From: an uncultured Erysipelotrichaceae bacterium
Lineage (GTDB): Bacteria; Bacillota_I; Bacilli_A; Erysipelotrichales; Coprobacillaceae
DNA: 39,065 nucleotides
Assembly: GCA_900317015.1 (NCBI GenBank)
Contig: ONFH01000240.1
Location: 1-39,065 of the forward strand
Direction of reading: 5' to 3'
Part shown: piece after piece, positions 8,204 through 18,452 of the stretch
Layout of the letters: each line of letters starts with the position of its first letter
Numbering within the stretch: the first letter of the stretch is position 1
The notes under the pieces: model-generated
What the model saw: only the letters and a program-made list of their open reading frames with translations
Told to the model about the DNA's origin: nothing
The model's database searches: none
Program-made: the position numbers and the translations under genes

Positions 8204-9115
8204 TTATGATTTTAACCGTTCGATCTGCATCTCTTCGCACATCGTGCTGATCTTGGCACGAATCTTACCTGCTCTTAACATTTCTGAGGCATCACGCCGG
8301 ATACTATATACGTCATCAAGCTCCCCTAAACGGAACATCGATGTGATAAATGTCGGCAGACGATTGATATCACGATAGTTCAAGATCGTCAGCAAGATCT
8401 CATCACGAGACCAGCTCGTAATATTTTCTTCCCCTAAGCCATCGATCATCAAATAGGGCACATCTAAGATCACTCGCATAAAGGACTGATCATTGGAACT
8501 AAAGCTGTTTTTGATGTCGATCAAAAAACTTGGAAAATGCATGATGCCGACATCATAGCCTCTTTTCGCCAGCTGGTTCATTAACGCCGCCATCAAAACG
8601 GTCTTCCCGCTGCCGGAATCACCATATAAATAGAAGCCTTTGCCAAAAGGCGCATTTAAGTAATCGAGCATTTTGGCAATCGTCAGTTTATTGGTTGGAC
8701 TTAAACGGTTCATATTTTCAATAAACTGATTATGATGGAAATCACTTAAGGCTAAGTTACGGGAAATATTGTTATAAACGAAGTGGGATAAGATGAGCTG
8801 TTCCTGCTCCTTCTCCTTGCCGTAATGACAGTACTTCATCACTAACGAGATCGTATTTCCATCATAGTCAAGCATCGTACGGACGCCCTTCGTGACCTTT
8901 TGACAATCCTGAATGCCTCGACAATGCATACACTTTTTAGAATCCTCCTCAAAGTTTAACAGCTCGGCCCAGCCATCGCTGATCGCCGACTTAGGCACAT
9001 GGTTACTCATCACAAAGTCATGAATCTCTTTATTTTTTAATAAGGCATTGAGACTCTCTTTTTTACGCTCTTTGAGATCATCGGATAACGTCACAGACTT
9101 TGATACATCTAACAT
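8204..9115 (-). CDS. dnaI: Primosomal helicase loader DnaI
   Basis: N-terminal Cys cluster CMHC..C, Walker A GDSGSGKT, SWSRDEIL, LPTFITS. Follows dnaB. Confidence 0.88.
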   Translation of the reverse strand: MLDVSKSVTLSDDLKERKKESLNALLKNKEIHDFVMSNHVPKSAISDGWAELLNFEEDSKKCMHCRGIQDCQKVTKGVRTMLDYDGNTISLVMKYCHYGKEKEQEQLILSHFVYNNISRNLALSDFHHNQFIENMNRLSPTNKLTIAKMLDYLNAPFGKGFYLYGDSGSGKTVLMAALMNQLAKRGYDVGIMHFPSFLIDIKNSFSSNDQSFMRVILDVPYLMIDGLGEENITSWSRDEILLTILNYRDINRLPTFITSMFRLGELDDVYSIRRDASEMLRAGKIRAKISTMCEEMQIERLKS

Positions 9116-9125
9116 TCATCTCACC

Positions 9126-10376
9126 TCACTTAATATTATCCATCAGGGATCCCAGATCGATATCCCCGGTATTGACTTGGTTGTTTGTGGGCTCTACGCG
9201 CAAAGGCGCAGGACTTGTTTTCGAACGATCGACGGGACGACGATTTTTGGGACTGTGCTTTTCATTAAAGGCGATCGTTTCTTCATAAGCGGCTCTCGCC
9301 GTCTTGATCTTCTTACGAGCCCAGGCGGCGGCGATCGTTTCACAGTAGTTGGCTGCTAAATGATTATTATTTTTCGTTAAAACATATTCGATCAGTACAT
9401 TGACAACGCCAGGACTTAAATGTAAGTTCATCATTAAATTCTCACAGATCTCCAGATCATGCAGCACCGGTTCCGCACCGCCCTGCTTACTCTTTAACAG
9501 TTCATAAGGGGACACAGATTCCAGATAAGCTAAGTGCTGACTTAATGGATCATTCGTTTCAAAGATGCTCTTTTCCTTCTCTGGCGTACGATGATAGACC
9601 TCATTTAAGGACGCTTTATGATCTTTATAGTAAGCCTTATGACAGGTCTCTTTAAATAAGGCTGGCTGGAAGCTGCCATTTTGCATACTATCACGTACTA
9701 ATGAGGCTAATGTGATGGCATCAAGATTATAAAGGATGCCCATCTGCTTGATCAGCCCTTCCTGATTTCGAATCTGATGCATCGGCAATGAATCTTCCTT
9801 TAAGGTCTCATAAAATAAGGTCAAGTCATAATCGAAGTTAACGATGCCTTCCTGTAAACTGGCCATATGGCCTTTCGTCTTTAAAGGACGGACAGCTTTG
9901 AGATCCACACTGAAGATGTCATTGAATGAAACATTCTCTTCTTCATACGCCTTCTTATCTTCGACCGTGATACGGAAATAGCTTTCCGTCAGGGCTAATT
10001 CTTCCTTGCCGATCGTATGTTTCAAAAGTGAGACCAGTAAGGCATTATGAAAGAACTTCTTTAAAGACAGTGGCGCCTTTAAAACAAATAAATAATGCGT
10101 CGCACTTTTCTTATAGATCTTAAGCAGACCGATCCCCGCTAACATCTTGCTGGCATCTTCCAAATGATCAATGGAGAGATTCAAGCTATTCGTGATCCTT
10201 GTCATCAGCACTTCTCGATGGACTCTTTGCATACGTCTGGCTTCGGCACTTAAAAACTGATAAAGACTGTACGCCTCATTACCGATCAGTGGTAAATAAA
10301 GATAGCTGAGCACGTCCCGCTGGATCTCATCTAGTGGATAACACGCTTCCGCTAAGTATGTATCACTTTTTTGCAT
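9126..10376 (-). CDS. dnaB: Replication initiation/membrane attachment protein DnaB (Firmicute type, DnaD-like domain)
   Basis: LYLPLIG..A.SLY, GVVNVLIEYVL, YCETIAAAW..K.I.T. Lies between coaE and dnaI. Confidence 0.85.
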   Translation of the reverse strand: MQKSDTYLAEACYPLDEIQRDVLSYLYLPLIGNEAYSLYQFLSAEARRMQRVHREVLMTRITNSLNLSIDHLEDASKMLAGIGLLKIYKKSATHYLFVLKAPLSLKKFFHNALLVSLLKHTIGKEELALTESYFRITVEDKKAYEEENVSFNDIFSVDLKAVRPLKTKGHMASLQEGIVNFDYDLTLFYETLKEDSLPMHQIRNQEGLIKQMGILYNLDAITLASLVRDSMQNGSFQPALFKETCHKAYYKDHKASLNEVYHRTPEKEKSIFETNDPLSQHLAYLESVSPYELLKSKQGGAEPVLHDLEICENLMMNLHLSPGVVNVLIEYVLTKNNNHLAANYCETIAAAWARKKIKTARAAYEETIAFNEKHSPKNRRPVDRSKTSPAPLRVEPTNNQVNTGDIDLGSLMDNIK

Positions 10377-10950
10377 GTGTGCTCACCTTCCTTAAAAATA
10401 CCTCGACCTGTTTTTTAAGAGCCTCTAGATCTTTCGAATTATCGATCACATAGTCTGCTCTCTTTCGTTTCTCACTTAAAGGCATCTGGGATCGAATTCT
10501 CCTTATCGCCTCTTCACGAGAAAACCCATTACGCTCCATCAAACGAGTGATCTCCGTTTCTTCATCGACAACGACCACGGCCACTTCATCACAGAGGTCA
10601 TCAAAATGAGCCTCATATAAAAGCGGGACATCTAAAATGACGATCTCACCTTTAGCCTTTTCAATGCCCTCTTTGATCGTTTTTCGTACATAAGGATGAA
10701 TGATGGCTTCTAAGTCATGACGCGCCTTTTCATCACGAAAAACAATGGCACCTAATTTACGGCGGTCGATCTCGCCATTTGTGAGGCAGTCAAAACGTTT
10801 CACCATCGCCTCATAAGTTGGTGAACCCACTTCATAGGCCTGATGGGCGATTTCATCGGCGTCAAAGATCGTCAGACCATGTTCTTTTAACAATTTTGAG
10901 ACCGTTGACTTACCCGTGGCGATCCCGCCTGTTAATCCTATGACTCTCAC
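10363..10950 (-). CDS. coaE: Dephospho-CoA kinase
   Basis: IGLTGGIATGKSTV, IDRRKLG, DVPLLYE, RIRSQMP. Confidence 0.96.
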   Translation of the reverse strand: MRVIGLTGGIATGKSTVSKLLKEHGLTIFDADEIAHQAYEVGSPTYEAMVKRFDCLTNGEIDRRKLGAIVFRDEKARHDLEAIIHPYVRKTIKEGIEKAKGEIVILDVPLLYEAHFDDLCDEVAVVVVDEETEITRLMERNGFSREEAIRRIRSQMPLSEKRKRADYVIDNSKDLEALKKQVEVFLRKVSTHAKK

Positions 10951-11894
10951 TTTGAAACGTCCTTGATCTTTTCGAACATCTCACTTAAATAGATCGTATC
11001 GGAAAAGCTCATGAGCTGATCTTCGACCTGTAAATGTTCAATATCTTGATGCACAGCTTCAATTTCTGGATGGAAGTCATCATAAGGGATCTTCGCCGTT
11101 AATGTATACGATTCATCACCGATCTCGACGATGGCTTCTTCTGGACGATAGTAAGGATCAAGCATAACGGATCCTTTTGTCCCCTTGATGATGCCTCGAC
11201 GATCTCTTGGACGATTCATCGCACATTCGACGATGCCTTTGACCCCATTTTCAAACGTCAATGTGACTTGATCATAAACATCTACGCCATATTGATGTTC
11301 CACTTTGTTTTCAATGTTCACAACAGGTGTCCGCACGAAGTCAAAGAGAAACGCTAAGCCATAGACACCAGTATCATAGAGGGCTCCACCCATTTTATGA
11401 TCAAATAAGTAACGTTCGGGATCATAAGGCACTTCACTTAAGAAATGATTTTCAATCGATACGATGTCGCCGATCATGCCATCGGCAATATTTTTACGTA
11501 ACACCTTGATCAGCGGTATAAAGCGTGTCTTCATGGCTTCCATAAAGAAGAGATGACGATCCTTAGCCATCTGTGTGATCTCTTCGGCTTCCTTTTTGGT
11601 AAGAAAAGCCGGCTTTTCACAAAGCACACATTTATAGTGTTCTAAGGCTTTCTTACATAACTCATAGTGAAGACCATGAGGGACCGCAATATAAACGACA
11701 TCGATCTCTTCATCATTAAAGAATGCGTCATAGTCGCCATAGACATGGTCTGGTGCATAAGCTTTAGCGAAAGCATTCTGTTTCTCTTTGGAATGACTGG
11801 CAATGGCATATAAATGTCCAACATCACTGTGCGACAGTGAGTCACAGAAACGTTTAGCGACATTGCCAAGGCCAATAACGCCCCAGTTTAACAT
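10947..11894 (-). CDS. Gfo/Idh/MocA family oxidoreductase
   Basis: WGVIGLGNVA Rossmann motif, VLCEKP, GGALYDTGVY. Confidence 0.92.
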   Translation of the reverse strand: MLNWGVIGLGNVAKRFCDSLSHSDVGHLYAIASHSKEKQNAFAKAYAPDHVYGDYDAFFNDEEIDVVYIAVPHGLHYELCKKALEHYKCVLCEKPAFLTKKEAEEITQMAKDRHLFFMEAMKTRFIPLIKVLRKNIADGMIGDIVSIENHFLSEVPYDPERYLFDHKMGGALYDTGVYGLAFLFDFVRTPVVNIENKVEHQYGVDVYDQVTLTFENGVKGIVECAMNRPRDRRGIIKGTKGSVMLDPYYRPEEAIVEIGDESYTLTAKIPYDDFHPEIEAVHQDIEHLQVEDQLMSFSDTIYLSEMFEKIKDVSK

Positions 11895-11896
11895 AA

Positions 11897-12709
11897 TCAG
11901 TACCTCCTTTTTTGACAGACGGGACAGAAATACGTACCACGTCCATTTAATTGAATTTTTTTAATTGGTGAATGACAGACACTGCATGTCTCTTGCGCAT
12001 GCACTTTGAGCTTGACCTGAAAGAGGCCAGTGATGCCATTGGCATCAAAGGAATGGATCGTCGTCCCGCCCTGTTTGATGGCTTCTTCAAGAATCTGATC
12101 AGCGGTCATGATCAGTTCCTTGACTCGCTTTTTAGAAAGACGAGAGGCTCTTGTCCGGGGATCCAAACCTAAGGCAAAGCAGATCTCATTGGCATAGATA
12201 TTGCCGATGCCCGCCATGATCGACTGATCAAGAAGTAATGTCTTGATCGGGAGATGACTCTTATGGATCTTTGGATAGACCTCCTCAAAGGTCGCCTCGC
12301 TAGGATCAGGTCCTAGTTTATTTAGTGGCGGCATCTCATTATAGTGAATAGGATCGATCAATTTCATGCGTCCAAACTTACGGGTATCGTTGTAACGAAG
12401 ATCCGTGCCATCTTCTAAATGGAAGATGACATGGTCATGCTTTTCATACAGTGTGTCCTGTGATTTAATATTATATTTTCCTTCCATTCGTAAATGAGAA
12501 AGAAAGGCGACATCATCAAGAAGGAAGATCAGATACTTCCCTCTGCGTCTGATGTCACAAATGTGCTGTCCGCTGACCTTTTGGATAAAGAGGTCAGGAT
12601 CATCTTCAATGATCTTACTGTAACGAACGTCTACACTTTCAATGATTTTATGTAAAACGAAATGTTTTAAGGTCCTTCTGACCGTTTCGACTTCTGGTCC
12701 TTCTGGCAT
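11897..12709 (-). CDS. mutM: Formamidopyrimidine-DNA glycosylase
   Basis: MPEGPEVET, RRGKYL, HLRMEG, AGIGNIYANE, C-terminal C4 zinc finger. Confidence 0.97.
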   Translation of the reverse strand: MPEGPEVETVRRTLKHFVLHKIIESVDVRYSKIIEDDPDLFIQKVSGQHICDIRRRGKYLIFLLDDVAFLSHLRMEGKYNIKSQDTLYEKHDHVIFHLEDGTDLRYNDTRKFGRMKLIDPIHYNEMPPLNKLGPDPSEATFEEVYPKIHKSHLPIKTLLLDQSIMAGIGNIYANEICFALGLDPRTRASRLSKKRVKELIMTADQILEEAIKQGGTTIHSFDANGITGLFQVKLKVHAQETCSVCHSPIKKIQLNGRGTYFCPVCQKRRY

Positions 12710-12717
12710 AGCTCCAC

Positions 12718-15324
12718 CTACTTCAGATCACACCAGTTTTTCGCATAGTTGCCTTCCACTTTGAGTGGCACAGACATCGCAAATGCGGTTTCCATGGCTT
12801 CCTTGACCACTGGCATAAAGGCTTCGATCTCATCTTCATAGACATCAAAGATCAATTCATCGTGTACCTGTAAGATGATCTTCGATTTGAAAGAATGGGC
12901 TTTGATCGCTTGATCAACTTTAATCATCGCTAATTTCATGATATCCGCACCAGAGCCCTGAATAGGCGCATTCATCGCAAAACGTTTGGCCTGTTCACGA
13001 ACGACGAAGTTCTTGTCGTTGATCGTTGGGATAAAACGTTTACGATTTAAGACCGTTGAGACATAGCCTTGTTTCTTACACGTTTCAACGATGCTTTCCA
13101 TATACGTCTTAATTTCTGGATAGGTTTCATAGTAACGGGCAATAAAGTCACGCGCATCACTTAAGCTCATGCCAATATCTCTGGCTAAACGATATTCTGT
13201 CATCCCATAGATGATGCCGAAGTTGACGGCTTTGGCCTGACGACGCATCTGTGGAGTGACGTCTTCATCAGGAACGCCAAAGACTAAGGCAGCCGTATGC
13301 GCATGGATATCCTTGCCTTCCTTGAAGGCCTCAATCAGCTTTGGCACCTGAGCTAAATGAGCTAAGATACGTAATTCGATTTGGGAATAGTCAAAGCTTA
13401 ACAGATAGCCATGATCAGAGATGAAGGCCTTACGGATCATCTTGCCTTCTTTCGTACGCACGGGAATATTCTGTAAGTTTGGATCGACAGACGATAAACG
13501 TCCCGTCTGTGTCAATGTCTGTTTATAGATCGTATGGATCTTGCCATCGGTAAAGATCTGTTCCTGTAATCCTTTTAAGTAAGTCGAACTTAATTTTGTG
13601 AGCATACGATAGCGTAAGACTAATGGTACGATTGGATGCTGGTCATAGATCTTCTCTAAGATATCCTGGCTTGTCGAATAGCCGGTCTTTGTCTTCTTGC
13701 CATTTTTGAGGCCTAACTTTTCAAAGAGGATAACGCCTAACTGTTTTGGTGAGGCGATATTGAAGTTCTCTCCTGCTAAGTCATAGATCTGACTTTCGAT
13801 CTCACCGATCTCCTGGTCAAAGGCACGGTCCATATCCTTTAAGACATGTTCATCGACTTTGGCGCCCTGTTCTTCCATATCCGCTAAGATAAATGTCACA
13901 GGCATTTCAATATTTTCATAAAGATCATACTGATCCTTTTCTTTTAACTGCTTTTCGACCTGTGGTTTGAGGTCATAGATGCATTTGGCTTTAGAAAGAC
14001 AGTCTTTGGCCAGTAAAGCTGTCTCAGGAATATGACGTTTTGCTCCTTTGCCATACACTTCTTCCTCATACATGATCCCTTCATAGTCATAGAATTCAGA
14101 AACGTTCTTCATGGATTCCTTGACTGATGGAGATAAGACATAAGTCGCTAAGGATAAGTCAAAGTCCCAGCCGGCGCTCTTGATGCCATTCACGTCAAGG
14201 CAACAAATATTGCTCTTGATCGCAAAGCCAAACTTTTTACGTTTGTCATCATTCAAATAAGCCATGAAGTCAGGATCCTGATCGGCATGTTCCTTATCAA
14301 TAAAGAAAGACTGTTCATCATTATAAAGACCATAGCCAAGGATCAGACCACGATGATAATTATCGCCATAGATGGCTACATATAAAGCAGAATCCTTTGT
14401 GACTTCTGGGGCTTTTTCGACGATCGTCACTTGCACAGGTTCTCTTTTTGGCTGATTGGTCAAAGAGATCTCACGCATCAAGGAGTTCATATCATACTTC
14501 TTAAAGAAGGCTCTTAACGTGTCGAAATCATAGCCATCATAACGGGCAATATCCAATGTCACATCCAATGGGATATCCGTTAAGATCGTCGCCACTTCCT
14601 TAGACATTTTCGCATCTTCGATTCCGGCACGGACCTTTTCGCCTAATTTGCCTTTGATTTCTTCTTTATGTTCATCGATGCCTTCGATCGTATCATACTG
14701 ATGAAGCAGCTTTAAAGCAGTCTTTTCTCCGACCCCTTTAATGCCTGGGATATTATCAGCGGTATCGCCCATTAATCCTAACATATCACGGACCTGATCT
14801 GGACGGATGTCCCATTTGTCCTTTAATGTCTGAGGATCATAAATATCTAACTGTGTGACCCCTTTAACGGTACGATAGATCGTCGTCTGGTCTGAACATA
14901 ACTGAAAGGCATCTTTATCACCAGTAAAGATGGACACCTTTAAGCCGTTATCTTCACCAAACTTCGCGAGTGTACCGATGATATCATCCCCTTCATAACC
15001 TTCCTTCTCATAATAAGCAATATTATGTGCTTTTAAATATTCACGTACCATCTCAAACTGAGGGATCAGTTCTTCTGGTGTTTCTTTACGGGTCGCTTTA
15101 TATGTTTCTAACATATCGTTTCTAAACGTATGCTTGCCGTAATCAAAAGCCACTAAGACATATTTGGCATTGCGCTCAAGGATCTTCTTCATCATGCGGG
15201 CAAAGCCAAATACGGCATTGGTCGGAATATCATCTTTATTTTTCATAAAATTCCCATTGTATCCAGTGGCATAGAATGCTTTAAATAACAGGGAATTTCC
15301 ATCTATTAATACTAATTCTTCCAT
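12718..15324 (-). CDS. polA: DNA polymerase I
   Basis: IDGNSL 5'-3' exonuclease domain, TGRLSSVDPNLQNIP, DYSQIELR, AKAVNFGIIYG, LQVHDEL. Confidence 0.98.
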   Translation of the reverse strand: MEELVLIDGNSLLFKAFYATGYNGNFMKNKDDIPTNAVFGFARMMKKILERNAKYVLVAFDYGKHTFRNDMLETYKATRKETPEELIPQFEMVREYLKAHNIAYYEKEGYEGDDIIGTLAKFGEDNGLKVSIFTGDKDAFQLCSDQTTIYRTVKGVTQLDIYDPQTLKDKWDIRPDQVRDMLGLMGDTADNIPGIKGVGEKTALKLLHQYDTIEGIDEHKEEIKGKLGEKVRAGIEDAKMSKEVATILTDIPLDVTLDIARYDGYDFDTLRAFFKKYDMNSLMREISLTNQPKREPVQVTIVEKAPEVTKDSALYVAIYGDNYHRGLILGYGLYNDEQSFFIDKEHADQDPDFMAYLNDDKRKKFGFAIKSNICCLDVNGIKSAGWDFDLSLATYVLSPSVKESMKNVSEFYDYEGIMYEEEVYGKGAKRHIPETALLAKDCLSKAKCIYDLKPQVEKQLKEKDQYDLYENIEMPVTFILADMEEQGAKVDEHVLKDMDRAFDQEIGEIESQIYDLAGENFNIASPKQLGVILFEKLGLKNGKKTKTGYSTSQDILEKIYDQHPIVPLVLRYRMLTKLSSTYLKGLQEQIFTDGKIHTIYKQTLTQTGRLSSVDPNLQNIPVRTKEGKMIRKAFISDHGYLLSFDYSQIELRILAHLAQVPKLIEAFKEGKDIHAHTAALVFGVPDEDVTPQMRRQAKAVNFGIIYGMTEYRLARDIGMSLSDARDFIARYYETYPEIKTYMESIVETCKKQGYVSTVLNRKRFIPTINDKNFVVREQAKRFAMNAPIQGSGADIMKLAMIKVDQAIKAHSFKSKIILQVHDELIFDVYEDEIEAFMPVVKEAMETAFAMSVPLKVEGNYAKNWCDLK

Positions 15325-18300
15325 TTATTTGAGTTCCTTTACTTGATTTATGATTAAAGAGAGACGATCTTTCATCTCCACACGTACATTCATGGCGAGG
15401 ATCTTACCTCTTTGTAAGACTTCATGATAGCGGGTATACTGGCGAGAGAAGCAGACAAAGTCTTCTGAGCCGGTCTCATCACTGCCATCTAAGAAGGCCA
15501 TTTCATTGCCTCGCTTATCGACGATAATACGAATGGCATTGATATACACTAAGACTTCGATCGTCTGTCCAATATGTTCATTCACATCAATTAGGCTGAC
15601 AAAGTGACGATGCAAGGCCTGCTTACGCATGGCGATCGGATGCGTACTTAAATACAGCCCTAAGACTTCCTTTTCATTTTCTAAACGACCATAACGATCT
15701 TCATCGACATGGACAAAGATCGGCTTCTGATCCGTCGTTAATAACGGTGCAATATCGGCATAATTCAAAAGCATCTCGATATTCTGCTTCATAAAGGCAC
15801 GATTATCAGAGAAGCTGTCAAACGCTCCCGCATCGATCAACGATTCGATCATCTTGGTCGAGATCTTATGATCATGCATGCGTAAGAAGAAGTCGATCAG
15901 ATCCTTAAACGGACCATGGGCTTCACGCTCTTCATTGATCTCACGATAGCCAGCCAGACCAACATTCTTAATGGCCGTTAAGGAATAACGAATGCCATCC
16001 TCTTCGACCTTGAAACGATCAACGGACCAATTGATGTCCGGTCTTAAGACTTTGACACGATAACGCTTGGCCTCTTCGATCGTACGAATTCTTGAAGAAG
16101 CTGAAGCCCCTTCATTTGATAAGATCGAGGCAAAGAAATAAAGCGGTTCATTCGCTTTTAAATACGCTAGGTCATAAGAGATCATTCCATAAGCGACCGA
16201 ATGGGATTTATTGAAGCCATAGTTGGCAAACTTCAAGATCAAATCATAGATCCTCTTGGCCACATCCTGGGGATAGCCATTTTGCGACGCTCCAGTGATA
16301 AAGTCATTTTCAAAACGCTCTAAGTCCTTTAGCTTCTTTTTTGAAACGGCCTTTCGGATCATATCCGCCTTCCCTAAGGAGAAGCCGGCGATGACCTGGG
16401 CGATCTGCATGATCTGTTCCTGATAAATAATGATCCCATAGGTGGACGATAAGATCGGTTGCAGTGCTGGGACAATATAATCGATTCGCTCCTGGCCGGC
16501 TCTTCGTCTTAAATAAAGAGGAATATTTTCCATTGGACCTGGTCGATACAGGGCGATCGCATCGACGATATCATGGAAGCTACGAGGCTTCATCTTCATG
16601 ATCAAAGAGCGCATGCCGGAAGATTCAAGCTGGAAGACACCAAACGTATCGCCTCTTGAAAGCATCTGGTAAGTCTTTGGATCATTCAGAGGAATGGTAT
16701 TTAAGTTGAGCTTATAGCCACGATAGATCTCAATATCTTTTAAGATATAAGAGATCATCGTTAAGTTACGTAAACCTAAGAAGTCCATTTTGAGGATCCC
16801 GGCCTTTTCAATATAGTCTTTAGAATACTGAGACATGACCTGAGAACTTGGGCCAATGACAAGTGGCACACTTTCATCAAGCGGTCTTGTACTCATGACG
16901 ACCCCGGCGGCATGCATGGATATATTACGAGGCAGATGTTCGATCAGACTCATCGGTCCGATCAAGCGACGTAATGTTTCATCACGATTGATGAGCGCCT
17001 GAAAGGAAGCTGACGTCTGATACATCTGTGTGATGCTCTTGCCATTCTTTGGTCCAGTCGGAATATTTTTGGCCACGATTTCTAACTTCTTTAACGGGAT
17101 GCCCATGACCTTCCCAATATCCTTGATGGCCACTCTTGGACCATAGGTATTGAAGGTGACGATCTGACAGACATGATCAGCGCCATACTTCTTCAAGACA
17201 TAGTCGACAACTTCATCACGACGGTCATCCTGGAAGTCCACATCGATATCTGGCATGGACACACGTTCAGGATTTAAGAATCGTTCAAAAAGCAGATCAT
17301 AGGCCAATGGATCGACATTGGTGATCCCTAATACATAGGCAACTAATGAACCAGCGGCCGAACCACGTCCAGGGCCGACTAAGATGCCATTCTTTTTCGC
17401 ATAGGTCACATAGTCCCAGACGATCAAAAAGTAATCATCAAAGCCCATCATATGAATGATCGATAATTCATAGGAAAGACGTTCCCGATACTTGTCGGGA
17501 ATGGGACGATTGCCAAAGCGTTTTCGTAAGCCGACGCCACAGAGATCATGTAAGTAGCGCTGCTTATCAATATGGGGATCCATCGGATAATAAGGTAGGT
17601 TCTTCTGATTCGTCGGAATCGTGGCTTTGCACATATTGGTAACTTCGGCCGTATTGGCCATGATCTCCGGATCAAATAACATCGCCATTTCCTGTTCATC
17701 TTTTAAATAACGTTCATTCGTCTTTGGTTCATGATGAGAATCAAGCGTGATGTTTTTGGCACTAGCCTCTAAAAGATCGACGGCTAAGGCATCCTGCTTT
17801 CTAAGGTAACAGACATCATTGCCACAGATCACCTTCACCCCTGCTAGATTTGCTAGTGAGATCAAACGTTTATTTAAATATTTCTGAGCTTCTAAACCAT
17901 GATCCTGGATCATTAAATAATAATGGGGAAAATATTTTTTAAAGGCTTTTAAATATTTTAAGGCTTCCCCTTCCATTTCCTTTGAGGCATAGGATTCGAC
18001 AATGCCAAGAGGACTGGCGGAGATCACAACGAGGTGATCGCTTTTCTTGATCAGATCACGAATCGGCAGACGACGCTCGTCGCTTAAATTAATGGCGGAA
18101 ACGATCTTGATCAGATCAAAATAGCCCTGGTCATCAAGGGCCAATAAGGTCAACGGATAACTTTCCTCATCGATGGCAATTGTCGCCTCGACCCCAAAGA
18201 TCGGCTTGATGTGTTCTTTAGTACACGCTTCAAAGAATTCAAAAGCGCCATACATATGATCTTCATCACAGAGGGCGATTGCATCCATGTGCTTTGCCTT

Positions 18301-18381
18301 CGCCATTTTGACAAGATCATTCACGAGGATCGTACTTTTCTGAAAACTATACGCACTCTTTACCTGCAGCTGTCCAAACAT
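15325..18381 (-). CDS. dnaE: DNA polymerase III alpha subunit (DnaE)
   Basis: GPGRGSAAGS, PERVSMPDIDVD, KMDFLGL, GVFQLES, YGFNKSH. Confidence 0.97.
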   Translation of the reverse strand: MFGQLQVKSAYSFQKSTILVNDLVKMAKAKHMDAIALCDEDHMYGAFEFFEACTKEHIKPIFGVEATIAIDEESYPLTLLALDDQGYFDLIKIVSAINLSDERRLPIRDLIKKSDHLVVISASPLGIVESYASKEMEGEALKYLKAFKKYFPHYYLMIQDHGLEAQKYLNKRLISLANLAGVKVICGNDVCYLRKQDALAVDLLEASAKNITLDSHHEPKTNERYLKDEQEMAMLFDPEIMANTAEVTNMCKATIPTNQKNLPYYPMDPHIDKQRYLHDLCGVGLRKRFGNRPIPDKYRERLSYELSIIHMMGFDDYFLIVWDYVTYAKKNGILVGPGRGSAAGSLVAYVLGITNVDPLAYDLLFERFLNPERVSMPDIDVDFQDDRRDEVVDYVLKKYGADHVCQIVTFNTYGPRVAIKDIGKVMGIPLKKLEIVAKNIPTGPKNGKSITQMYQTSASFQALINRDETLRRLIGPMSLIEHLPRNISMHAAGVVMSTRPLDESVPLVIGPSSQVMSQYSKDYIEKAGILKMDFLGLRNLTMISYILKDIEIYRGYKLNLNTIPLNDPKTYQMLSRGDTFGVFQLESSGMRSLIMKMKPRSFHDIVDAIALYRPGPMENIPLYLRRRAGQERIDYIVPALQPILSSTYGIIIYQEQIMQIAQVIAGFSLGKADMIRKAVSKKKLKDLERFENDFITGASQNGYPQDVAKRIYDLILKFANYGFNKSHSVAYGMISYDLAYLKANEPLYFFASILSNEGASASSRIRTIEEAKRYRVKVLRPDINWSVDRFKVEEDGIRYSLTAIKNVGLAGYREINEEREAHGPFKDLIDFFLRMHDHKISTKMIESLIDAGAFDSFSDNRAFMKQNIEMLLNYADIAPLLTTDQKPIFVHVDEDRYGRLENEKEVLGLYLSTHPIAMRKQALHRHFVSLIDVNEHIGQTIEVLVYINAIRIIVDKRGNEMAFLDGSDETGSEDFVCFSRQYTRYHEVLQRGKILAMNVRVEMKDRLSLIINQVKELK

Positions 18382-18403
18382 TATGCTCGCCCCTTTCTTG
18401 TGT

Positions 18404-18412
18404 ATTATAACA
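18404..18412 (-). promoter_or_regulatory. Extended -10 promoter element for the dnaE operon
   Basis: TGTTATAAT between the upstream terminator and the dnaE start. Confidence 0.6.
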
Positions 18413-18427
18413 TAGGTCGACCAAGAG

Positions 18428-18452
18428 AAAAACAGAGCGTGCTCGCTCTGTT
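18428..18452 (-). terminator. Intrinsic terminator after M16 peptidase
   Basis: AACAGAGCG-loop-CGCTCTGTT plus T run. Confidence 0.75.

Noticed and set aside
8204-9115. DnaI Walker B reads IDGLG instead of DDxG
   Set aside because: Single substitution with the remaining motifs and synteny intact; not enough to claim altered function
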